Assembly (NCBI GenBank): GCA_002633005.1
Contig: NMRA01000341.1
Coordinates: 327,474 to 391,473, forward strand
Length of the DNA: 64,000 bases
Direction of reading: 5' to 3'
Source of the DNA: Phoronis australis
Lineage: Eukaryota; Animalia; Phoronida
Shown: piece after piece, positions 13,401 through 26,300 of the stretch
Numbering within the stretch: position 1 is the first letter of the stretch
How the letters are laid out: each line of letters opens with the position of its first letter
Notes under the pieces: model-generated
The model's database searches: none
The model's input: only the letters and a program-made list of their open reading frames with translations
Told to the model about the DNA's origin: nothing
Translations under genes and position numbers: made by a program

Positions 13401-16400
13401 AATCGATTATCTTTGCACGAAAGATTTTGCCTAGCAATGGTCGTTGGTCAAGTGGGACGCAGGACACTAATTGGTGTTTGTTGCAAGTGATTTTACTTTG
13501 CACTGGATGCATAGAAACTCACTTTAACAGCATGTGCACAGATGATTTTGTGTTGCTTTATATCAGAGTTAAATGTGAATTTCTTCCTGTTTAGCTGGCT
13601 ATAATTTATAAACGAAAATTTATTAAACGAAAATCGAATTAGGCCGTTTATAAAGATGGTCTCATTATACACCTTACCGTGACAAGGTTCTATTTCTACC
13701 AACAGTAACATCCAAACCTGTCCAGCAGCGTCTCAAAAAACGCTTCAAAGTTTGTAGGGGTCGGCCAACCCTAAAACCTAAAGCCCTTCGGTATAGAATT
13801 CAACATTGAGAATTAAACAGTAATGCAATGCCCCATTCAACTTGTGTCTCATTAGCGCCAATGACATTTTCAGTCCTATCCGTCCCACGTGACCACGAAG
13901 TCCTTGTTTGCAGACGTCCAACACTGGCACAATATATGGAGCAAAAATTCTCCACGCACTCTACATTCTAAATTTGCATGTGTATAGGTAGATTGGTCAA
14001 GACACACAAAAGGTAGATTAATGTTCGTAACTTAATCTTCTAAACAAAAACCTGGTAATAGATAACACCTTGCGATAAAACCGTATGCCAATGAAAAATC
14101 TCGTGGACCGCCAGACATTTCTTCAATTTCTAAAAGCTTTATTTTTTCTCTCCTTTATATCGTGAGTTGTTAGTGAATGAAATTGTTTGGTGAACGGTTA
14201 ATCTTTTGAATTATTATAAGTCCCACAATGTATCTTAAAGCCTATATTGAACGACAACACATGCAAATGTCGTTTGCTACAATTAAGACGTTGCTCAAAC
14301 GCAGCCGAGAGGGTGTTTACACACCTCTCAATTGGGAAGGAGTGCTTTGAGAAATTTATAGCAACACTAGAAAATGAAGACACTGCCTCCTTCTATGCTT
14401 TTATCAAAAAGACGAAGATGAACTTATTTCACCAAGAAAAAATCCATAACTTTTGCGGAAGAGAAAATGTTGAAGGAAGACTGCCAGCTGATATCTAGGC
14501 TATTCATCTCCTGTCAGAGCAGAGAATGTTTTTTTTTTCGCCACGAGAATCAGCCATTCCCAGCAGCTCTCAGCGACGGCGGAATGCTGCACGTCTGCCA
14601 GAAATCGCAGATAGCTGCCATTCTTGAAACCAAAGGTCACCACTGCCTGATGCACAATTACCTGTGACTGATTGTCTGATGCCATCATAATCGATCGCTC
14701 GGCTCTGGTCAGCGCGCTGCCTCCAAGAACTTCGAAGATATTTGTAGAGTATGCCCCGTTAGTTGCTAAAATCATATTCTAAAGTTTCTGAAATGTGTGA
14801 AGCACTGTTTAAATCAACAAAATTGGATAACTAGGTCGAGTGATATCTACAAAATGAAAAACCAAGTCGCTGATGGCGGCCATCTTGAATGATGGCCGCC
14901 ATTTTGATTTTTCACTTGGCTAACGTGCCTTTTGAAATCTACACCCTATCACAAATATATGTTCCAAATTTGGTGCTTGTATCGTAGTTTGAACAATTTT
15001 CACTTAATATCTGCTGCACTAAACATGTTACCAGCACATTGATACCATACATTTCCGAACTTGATAAATGCTCAGGGTTTTTACTATCTTATTTTCCGTA
15101 GTGACGTCACTGCGGGACACGTTTGTCCTCTCCGGCAAACTATTAAGAATACTGGACACGATGGTGTTTTATTCAATACTACTACTGACGGTCAGAGAAT
15201 GTGAAAAAGTTCAAGGTGTCTAGCCGTTTGTTGAATTAGTGCAAGTTCTCTGCTAGCGTCTTTTTGTTGCTCGTTCTCAAAAATGAGACTTAGGATATTT
15301 ATGAAAACAATCAAAAGTTGCTTGAAACGAAAACATAATTTAGAAAGTTGTAACAAAGTGTTTGAGGTTTCATGTTTGAGTATATCAAACGTAATCTCGC
15401 CACGTTGATGCCGTTGTCTGCAAAATTTTACGAAAAATGCATGATCACGCGACTCCATTAATCGTGGAGTAGTATCTAATCAAGATCAAATTCTACAGAT
15501 TTTCTAGTTTCCGAACAGAAATACCCTTACTGACTAAATTTTATGGTTTCGCAAATATTGTATATATCTAAATCCTTCAGGTTTTAACTCTATTTCACAG
15601 CTCGAGGCTTCGATATCAAGGAGGCGGAGAAGATGTTTCGACACGTGAGTTTTCAAATCCCATGTCATCGCTCTGTCACTTCTGGTACATAGTTCGATCA
15701 GATACATAAGGCTGCTAATAAAGTACTGCGCCGATTAGCTTTCTTCTCCAAACTTTACGATGTTAGAGGTATTGTTGTTAGCATAATTCTTCACGGCACA
15801 TGCATTGCGGTTGAATAAACATCTGCGTAACAGGGTTAAGACAACAATACAACCTTGATTAATTTACATGATTGTATGAATTGCGTTTGTAAAACCTTGT
15901 CCTATTCAGACAAAAAAAAATTATTTCAATTTTTTTAATGAGCATCCTTCCTGTATATATATATATATGTCACCAATCTTCATTTTTACCCATTGTTACC
16001 AATTGCACAGAGTATGGAGTTTCGAAAAACAATGGGCTTAGACACCCTGCTGGAAACCTACAAACCACCGGAAGTGCTGAGAAACTACTTCGAAGGGGGT
16101 TTGTGCGGTCACGACAAGGAGGGTAGCCCGATTTACATCCAGTTGCCAGGATACTCAGACATGAAGGGGATGATGTATTCAGCGAAGAAAACTGATATCG
16201 AGAAGTACCAACTCAGATTGTGTGAACAAGTTGTTCAGTATTGGAAGACAATGAGTGAACAGGTGATGATGATTATATGTGTCAATCCCAGTACTTGTCT
16301 GGAATGAACAGTAAAAGTCGAAAGCACCTGAACAGTAATGCTACCAAACATCTAAAACAAGGTTACGCAAGCGTATCCTGGTGTGCGTTCAGTAATGCTA

Positions 16401-19400
16401 GGACCTACGCTAAGATCTACGTTAGGAGCTAGCTAAACTCTAGCTAAAGTCACGTGTTCTCACGTAAAATACATGGCAATATCTCGCGTAATCTCGCGAA
16501 GTCTAATTGCTTTTTAGCGAGGTCCTGGCGTTACTGAACGGGAGGCGGGGCTCATTCAGTTGCTGTTGGCTTGCATTTCCAGTGGAGCATCTTCAGTTGT
16601 TCTGATTTGCGTGTGTGGGAAGAAATAACTCTAGTTTTGAAATATTAATAATAACGTTGTTAGTTTCCCATGACTGTAGAATATTTGGACCGAGGTTAGT
16701 GGTAGAATTGATGTTTTGGCATGATCAGTCGCTTCTATCAAGTTTATTTCCAGTTTGAGTCTCCCATAGCGCACGGGGTCTCGCTGTCAATTACATAAAT
16801 TAGTGTACAGGGAGAGTAAACTATTCCATGGCCGTGACTCTAAATTCCGTCTACCCGACCCCTAAAGCCAGTCCTGGGCCAGCAAATTTCATACTCGTCC
16901 CTTAACTCCATGAATACGCCGAAAATACTCCATACGCGTTGACCCAACTCGAAATCCGGAGACCCATGTGGTGAGGCGCGTTTGTAGAACTTAATCTCGT
17001 GTGGAATTTGTACCGCCGGTTTGTTGTTTACTTGTCCGGGATTAGGCTTTAGAGTCGTAGCCATGGGTGGAATTGTTTCTATCCCTTGATGTACGTGCCA
17101 AGAAAATCTAAAATAAAAAAAATTCCCATGGCGCTCAAAACAAACCATTTCTCGCCTTTTTCACATTACTTTAGCAGTAATTAAGGTAAATGAATTGATT
17201 ATGTTGACAAACCAGCAAGCCATGTGTCAGTAACGTAATCAGAGACGACGTTTGTGTGTACGTAAGATGAGTGTCACGCAGATACTCGTTGTACATAATG
17301 GACTCTTTATTTAATTAATTCATTCTCGCGTGATAAACTGCTTGATGTATACATCCTTTACAGGGGCCCGACATTTTGTCTGAAAACATTTGTGCAAAGG
17401 ACGTTTAGATGCGCATAGCACCGAATGGGGGGCGAACCCCCCTCTCGCCCAAGAAAACTTTTCTGTTTTCTCCTCTAAAAATCAAGCATTTTCCTTGATT
17501 CCTGAAGTGTTATCCAAGAAAAAAGGCAAAGAAAAAGAAAAAAAAAAGAAAAAAAAGAAAAAAAAAAAAACACGGAGGACGTGTCAAACATGAAAAACTG
17601 CAATTGTCACAGACTCGAACTCACGACCTGGCGGCCAGAGCACGCGTGCTTTACCACCACGATTTCACATAATAAGAGACCTACTTGTTTATGGTCCACA
17701 GCGTTTGCGCGCGAAACCTACTTGTTTTTGTAATGCTTATTACACTTTTTATATTTTGTGCAATCAGTTCGTAACAAATTTCAATAATTGTTGTATTTAA
17801 AATAGTCTTCATTTCCCAAAAGACCAAATCCATTTTTTGTGTTGGCATTAATGACGCGATTGCTTTGGAAATCGTCTTAGGTTAAGATTTGACAAAGAGA
17901 GAATTATGAGTTTCTGAGTGATTCACTCAGGCTTCGATTAAAATTCACATCTTACCAGCTGCTTCTGTCTTTCATCGTCTCTCAGATTCCATTTTTTTAA
18001 AATGAAGTAATTTTCTTCATTGCACAGTGAAGCAGACGACGGAAACGGAGTAGTAGTGCGCAGCGCCTGGGAGATCGCGGGAGAGTCTATACTTAGCCAC
18101 AGTTTCGTTACGATTGATCCGTGTTCTGAATTTGACACTTGAAATTGGATCTGAGCCCCCCCAAACACACTAAAACTGCACACATTTAAATCTTGTTTCC
18201 GCCGTATAATGTTAATTACCGGGGTTAATTAATAAACTTAACATTTCCCTACGCTCTTGCTGTTTTATTTTTTNNNNNNNNNNNNNNNNNNNNNNNNNNN
18301 NNNNNNNNNNNNGGCCCCCCCTAAATCCGCCTATGTCTTTATGACAAAAGCTGCAATTATGTCTCGCTGATTCCTGCGTGTAGATAACACGCAGGTATCA
18401 TTCAGTAGCCACCACTTTATCACTGGTTGATGTAACCTCGGCAGTCATTGGTTAACTGTACAACTAAAAAGAAAATGGCGGACTATGATCGATTTTTAGC
18501 TTTGTCATTCAAGAGGCGCAACAGTAGCTATTTCGTCTCAGCAATAATGTTTAATAGCCGCGTGCTTGAAGCACGTACGTGTACAATAAACGCACATCTG
18601 CCGATTTAGTCGGTTTGTTATTCATACTGTGTGAATACAGGACAGCAACGTAAACAAAAGACAGCGACAGTAGAAAAATGCACTCCGAAATTTGCGTTTC
18701 TTGAACATGATTTAAGCACCGGTTTGTCTGTAAAGCAGACCACATTTTACACTTCCTCCATCAGTCATGCCAGTTTGTTTGCCTAAAGCGCTACCTGTTG
18801 AGAATTCGACCAGCCAATCAGAAACGCCGGTGTAAAAAAATTTCCCAAGGAAAATTAAATGATACCTGCTTGTGTTCTACCAACTAGCGACACGCAGAGA
18901 ACCAGCGAGCAATTATGTTGTTTGTGTTCAAATTGTCAAACTACAGTTGATTACTCTAGTGCTCACGTGTTAATTCAATGAACATGTTCATCTGCACTGC
19001 CGTTTCCGTACGAAAATTGGTGGAAACAATGCCAATATTTGTGCATGGACATTTATATTAGCAAAAAATTGCAGAGATTCTCGCCAACCCTGCCAGGATT
19101 AATCCCGGAATCAAAATCATGAGTTGCCGGTTTGTTTACTGAATTAAAATTCGACTTTGCCTGTTATCTAAACCAAACTGCTGTTGACGCGTGTGATTCA
19201 CTGCCGTCGTGTACATTGTATGTGTTTATTATGACACTGGTCTAGGTCTGCCAACAGGAGCGAATGCATGTTAACTCAACGGATCATTAGTGGAAATTAT
19301 CCCTGAAAAAATTCTGTCGAACTTTCTGTGATTTTGAAATACATGTGAACGCAGCTTATGTGGTTAATTTCGTGCCTGGGTGGCTGTAGGTGTGGGAAAC

Positions 19401-20271
19401 CCATCCTGTTCACCACCTAGCGGCTGAAAATTCGTCTACCATGCTTTGCTTTGAATTCAGTGATTTCTCGCATGTTAAACGTCTAAGGTGTACAGAAGGT
19501 CTTGAAGGCAAACCTGTCCGTCAACAGCAATCGTTATCTTTATCGTGGTCTTTTCTTTTCAGCTCGGGACGAAAATCGACGGTTTGGTTACAATTATAGA
19601 TTTTGACCAAGTTGGAGCCAATTTGCTTTGGAGACCGGGTAAGGGTTTTATTCAAATAATTTGAGTTCGCAAACATGGCTTAAATGTTCTAATAGCAAAA
19701 GTCGCAGTAGTAATAATTATAGTATAGTCCGGATACCTATCGTCGTCAAGCTCCAAAGGTCGTCCGCCATCTTCTTTCGCGTGCAGCGCAGCCACGCGGG
19801 ACTTAGCGTTCCAATTTGGAGTGCTCGTCTGCACGTTAGGTACTAACCTCTCGGGAGAAACACGCATGGAAGAACCGAGACTAAAATTAATGCATTTACC
19901 GACTGCTTTTTTGAGATCACTTAAAAACTTGTAGATTTTACTAAATGCACCTTTTTGTTCATTTTCAGAAGATATTTTCGAAATTAAATTTTCTTCGCAC
20001 GGAACAAAAAACAACCCAGGGATTGTTTATGCAATGTATCTGTTTGTCCCAGGCACTGACCGACACCTGTTGGGCCAAAGGAAAAACGCAGGAGACAAAT
20101 GGAACACGCTGGGTGCTTAACAGTTTCGGCCCACGCCTTGGTCATCAAAATATTGTCCACTTCTTTTTTTATTGCAAAACAAAGTACTGAACTCAACATT
20201 TATGTTGAAAATTTTGGTTAAAGCATTTTGAATTTATTGGAAGAAAATTAAAATACTGTGGTATTGGTAGT

Positions 20272-20303
<32 letters not shown>

Positions 20304-20361
20304 CAGCAGCAGCAGCAGCAGGAGCAGCAGCAGCAGCAGCAGCAGCACTAGTAGTAGTAGT

Positions 20362-20398
<37 letters not shown>

Positions 20399-23300
20399 CT
20401 AGTAGCAGTANTAATAGCAGTAGCAATAGCAGCAGCAGCAGCAGTAGCAGTAGCAGCAAAAGTTGTAGCAGTAGTAGTAACAGTAATAGTAGTAGTAGCA
20501 GTAGTAGTATAATTGTAGTAGTGGCGGTAGTAGTAATAGTAATAATGATAGTAACAATAGTAGTATAAAATGATGATATTTGACATAACAGTAGTAATAG
20601 AAGTAGCTGTGATAGAAGCAGTAATTGGCGCTAGTTGTTGTGCAGGTTGTTTTCTTGTATCCTCTTGCGTGACTAATGGTGACCGGAAGTCTACATGCAT
20701 GTATGCGTTCACATTTTACTTATTAACAAATCAACTAATTATGCATACACATGGTCCATAATTGAGCATGGATGTCCCTTGAGTACGTAATTTTCCCCAA
20801 TCAGTGACATGTCGTTGATTTTGTCCAACAATACACTTAAGTCTGTCAACGAAACAAAATTATGTATCCCATCAGAGAATCTTAAGGGGGTGGCTTTTGT
20901 TATTTCATGTATAAGAAAAACGCACGTATAGTTGTTTCCGTTGCATTATCTCACACATTTCAACTTCTTAAAGGTTAATATGTTATTTTCATAAACTACG
21001 CGATGACAGGTGGTGGCATTTGCATGTGAATGTGCTTCAACACCATTATGCTCATTTTAAAACGTAACATACTAATAGGCCTTAAGACACAGTGCTAAAA
21101 ATGAGACGCTCTAAGCAACTAACTAGTCGAGTTTGACGTATTAGCAGCCTAATAAGATGAATAAATGGAGGTTTCCAAGGACTCCATTTCCTGTAGGCAA
21201 TTAAGGATATCTCTGTAATCTTCCATTCAGAATAAGTTTGTGAAGATACAGGCTGTTGACAACCCTGGTTTTAAGCCGAAGTGATAACCTAAAAAAGATA
21301 ACAAGAACTTTGGTATTAGCCGATGAGCATAGTGAAGCTGTTTTCAGTATCTTACATTACATGGTCACAGTTTTAAAGAAATCTTTCAAATTTTGTCAAA
21401 TACGCCAAACAAAACCAACTACAATAATTCAAATGTAACCTAACCGATGCATCAATATGGTCGATGAGGCTTTTCGAAAAGGTATTTACTTGGTACCCTC
21501 AATAGGCATTTCAAAAAGTGCCTTTTACACTTCCCAAATCACGCTGTCTCGTGCTTACTTTGAACCAGATGGGCTGCGCTTTGAGTCTCTGGAGCGCAAC
21601 AGTGTTGTCAACGCACATGATAGAACAGTCATTAATTTTTGTATGTAGTCAGCGCTGGACTAAAACTTCAATTTTGCCAGCATGGAATGGATCGCCTGGC
21701 TAGCCCAATTATGAGTATTTCTGATGTAGGTTTGTTTGTGATCGTTTGCGTATTACTGCGCGTGATGTTGGATAGTTTTGATATTCATTGGAAGGCATAC
21801 GGGTCAAACAGAGTAGTTGTAATTGGTAATACGTAACAGGAAGGAGCTGTGAAAAATATCAAAATTATATCACTCACGCAGGTGCCCGACAGTTTAATTA
21901 GTTGAAAACTTCTTAAAAACGTGACTTTATTGATTAATGCTTACGTATATGAACATAGAATTTTTATATCACGCAAAACTTCTCAACTAGGATCAAGTAT
22001 TGTAAAATGCATGTCAAGAACTGCCGGGAGCAACGGGATCCTTTTTCATTGGTTGACAACCGGATGCAGTAATTGTGCGGCAATCAAACCAAATTGTTTT
22101 GTTTCGCTTTCATCGTTACTTGGTATGCACGTGGATTTGCTATTGCTACTAGTACTGATGTTTAATGGTGCGATGTCAGCGAAATCATACAGCCATTCAA
22201 TCTAATCATACTCTCGAACCTGTCGTTTTAGGACTCAATCTTAAACTGAGACTTGCCAGAATCCTCCAGGATAATTACCCGGAGATGGTGAAGAAAATGT
22301 TTATCATCAATAGTAAGTATTATGTGGGTTTAAATACCCACTTGTAGAAGCATTCCCAATGTAGCCGGGTCTGGCTACAGGGATGAATTGAAGAGTATAA
22401 CTAGTGAGGCCATTTGTATAATGCACTTTATTTGGTGCAGCATTGGGCAAGCGATAGAGTTACATGCGTGTCCGAACAAGCGTTGCAAGAGATACCAAAG
22501 AAGCGTTGAAAAGTGAAACCGAGCTAGCGGTTATCTAAAAGAAAGAAAAAGCACAGTCTGAGTATTCGGCACTAACAATACACAATTAACTGGAACCTGT
22601 ACTATCTATCTACATCTGGGAACCATTACCATACACAAACAACTGCTTAACTGCGACCCGTAACTATTTATCTCATGAACCGGGTACCGCGCTACAAGCA
22701 GCTGAATGAAACTATATACGTTAAACAGTAACTATAAACGCTGTAAACTGCGCCAGTAGATTCACATGAGTACAACATGCTATGTCATAATACTCAGTAC
22801 CAGCCCCGTAGCCAGCATTGGGCGGGGGTGGTTCGGATTTCTAGAAAGGTGGACCTTTTGCAAGCGTCAAATACTCGGAGTTATTGGTTAGGCGCTTGAC
22901 GAAGGTTAATTATGGGGAAAGGAAATCTGTAGGCCTCTCCACGGCGACGATGGCTCTCAGCTCAATGTTCCTGAGATAAGACGGAATTTGTAATACCAGA
23001 AATGAGGATGTCGTGACGGTTGCTCGCAAAAAACAGGGATGAAATTCGGACGTAATGTGATCCATAAATATAGACTAACGTTCTCGCCATACCGTGAAAA
23101 ATATGGTTACAATCACCGCCCTTCTTTCTGACCGGCTTTCATCAGTATCAAAGAGAGTGCGTCGCCCTTGTCGGATACGGTTGTGTTGACCGCATTGTCC
23201 TGCGTGAGCAAGACCCAATTAAGTGTAATTAACCGACCTTAAACTGTCGTAATCATCATTGCCTGTATGTAATGGCGAATTTTCATAATGCATTAATAAA

Positions 23301-26300
23301 TGATTTTTGTTAAAAACGAATGCCACGGCGGTATTCAGCTGGAAAAAAACAACAAAGTAAGGTTTTGAATTTTCAAAAATCGATGACGCTAAAAACTACA
23401 AAGATTGGGTACGATTGAAGATAAGCGACCAAGCGCATCGATACAATCGGGGGATTTACAAACGCTGATCAGAGTTAACAATATATCACATTCTTTCAAT
23501 CTCCTTTAACCAGATTTTTGACTAGCAAACAGTTGTATTTAACTTGTGCCCACTCTATATTTTTATGGCTGACAAAAAACTAGAATAGTTATGTAGTTAG
23601 TGCAACAGAAATCGTCCAGATATTCCAAATCTTCAGTTTGGCTATCCATTTGCACTTTTGTATATATTTTATGATTTGAGTAACTAATAAAGATTAAACT
23701 TGTACTAATGACACGTGTTGTTTTGTTCGCCGTGAAATGTTTAATATAGCTGTGATCTGGAAAGTTCAGGGATGGGTTCACAATTAGCTAAACTAATTAA
23801 GTTTCGCTGGCGATCAAATCTACTACTGTTTTTGGTACTTTAAGTTTAAAAATAAAATAAAAAGATATCAACCCGTTCCTGGTAAGAAAAAACAACAACA
23901 TGAGTATTAAATTGAAATAACAAAAACCGGTATGAAACACATTTAAAACCATCGTTCCTTTGTGACGATGCCCATGGTCAAGATAAACACAAATAAACTT
24001 TTTTAGTCATTTTGTAATATTTAAAATGTACCAAGTTAAAACTGCTCTCTGTAGTTGCAGGTTGTAACTTTGTGCAAATGCCATAGAAAACAATTTGGGT
24101 GTACTAACAACCATCCTTTTTGAGACAATAGTGCTAGCTGTTACCTTTCGACTTCATTAGCTCAGATCTACGTCAATACAAAGGGCGAGCTGAATAGGCA
24201 TCATAAAAGTTGTCTAGGTCTAAGGGAATCTGAGTGGTGACCAGTTTAAGCGAGAAGTTCTCCACATGGCGTTAGGCCAACCTCCTGCCAAACTTTTTTA
24301 ACTGAGTGATTATACCTCACCATATACTCCGATGGAAATATTTAGTCAGAGAATGGCTTGACGTAATTTTCATCTGATTGTATTTTTGTTAAAAGTTACT
24401 TACATCGCTGGAAATGGGAACAGCCGGTTCACTACTTCGAAGGTTCACCACTCCGAAGGTTCTCTTCTTCGAAAGTGTCTAAAATTTCTGAATCAGGTGT
24501 AATTGCTGTACTTTTACATGCAAAAATAAGCGACATTTCGGTTATTAGATGCAACTATACCGACAACAATACACCGGTTAATAAATCACTTTGTTTGGAT
24601 TCCAGGTGCTTGTGAAATTGCTCACATGTCTTACGAATACGGAACATTGAGTACGTACTTGCATTTATAAAAGAATGTGAAGTAGGAATGTTGATGAATT
24701 ATCAACCACGATACATTCATCAATCTCATGTCAAGATCGCATCATCTCACAGCGCGACAGAAAAGTTTAGGGCCGCTGCGCTTCAACCTCACCCACCGGA
24801 ACTACTCGCACGGCCGGGTCGAAACTAAATGTAGTTAGTAAGCTACCCTATCCCTGCCAGTCTTCACGAAGTCTCATTCAGTCTTATAAAATTTAAAACC
24901 GCCGTTGGTCGCCGGACCGTGCCCCATATACTGTCCCTAATTGAGAATGAGTCTATAGTTAGATTCAAGAATCAAGATTGCCAGTGATTGGAACTGAGCT
25001 CTTTTGTAAACAATGTAAATCAAAATTTTCCCGACTATTCAACTCTAGCACACCCTTTAAATGGTTATTAAATGGACACCAGTACAATACCTTATCCATT
25101 TTCAGTTCTGAATCATTAGTAGAAAATCAGAGTAATGAACTGTCGGAGTTCTGGTTTTGGAATTGTAGACATTCGAAGTGGTGAACTTTCGAAGGTAGCC
25201 AACCTTCGGAGTAGTGAACCCTCGGTCATGTACATGTAGCCTTGGAAATCTTTTCCATCAAAATGATTGTTGGTCGATTGAAATCTGCGAAGCTGTGCAC
25301 CATTGACATTGATTGACAAGAGAAGACTTTCTTCATTGACCAAAGTTTTAATTAGGTCTAGACTTACCTAATAATGTGAAAATGCGGGGATTTTTCAGTG
25401 CAAGAAAACGCGGTAGCAAAATTTCTGATTTTTGAGAAACGACAGAGTAGTCAGTGAACATACCGTGGGCGCGTACTGAATTTAAAAGAACGGAAACGCA
25501 CACACGTGTACACGCATGCATGTCAATTCACCAATCCACAATTAAAGTGGACACTTGATGATCAAGATATTTGGCGATCACTTCAAATTCGAAATTTGAA
25601 AATGCCTGCAATTAATCTAAACTATGCTATAAAGTACACAAAAGTAGCAAATAACAAACTCATTTTTTGCTGTTTTGTTTCTTGGTCGATTTTAAAGGCA
25701 TTCACACTGCACTACTTTTGGGGATCTCTCTCGATGCTATAAAGTTTGAGCTAGGCATAGACATCTACAGTACTTCTAGACTTCCTTGTTACCCTATGGT
25801 GTACATGTAGAGAACTAGCGCTTTCAATGCCGATAAATAACATAAAGCTCGCTCCTACGCAGTCACCACTAGGGCCGGATACGACCTTATGATTATGTGA
25901 AGCGCTTTACATCAGAAGTAAATTCAAAATTAATATTAACTTGGTTATGATTGTAGTTAGTAGAACTTGTAGTTACAACAAGTTTTTGTCCATTTAGGAA
26001 ATCCTATCGGATAGGCTAGAGCTGGACATTTTCCTCGGAGGGGAAGGGGGTTCGATCTAACCCCCCGAACCCCCCTCCCCCGGCTACGGGCCTGAGTACT
26101 TACAACAGTTTGGTCGACAGTCTGTGCTCAATCTTAAGATTCCAGCATCCGAGGAAAACACGGTGATTCGTGTTACAGATCTTGTCAACGAATGGCGGTA
26201 AACTCAAGAAACACTAGTCACCAAAAACCCGCGTAACATATAGAGGCTAATACGTAATAATAGCCGGCCGGTGAAGCTGCTATTCGACTATGCAAATGCT

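Noticed and set aside
20193-20712. Poly-Leu/Ala/Val ORFs
   Set aside because: Translations of an intronic CAG/TAG microsatellite.
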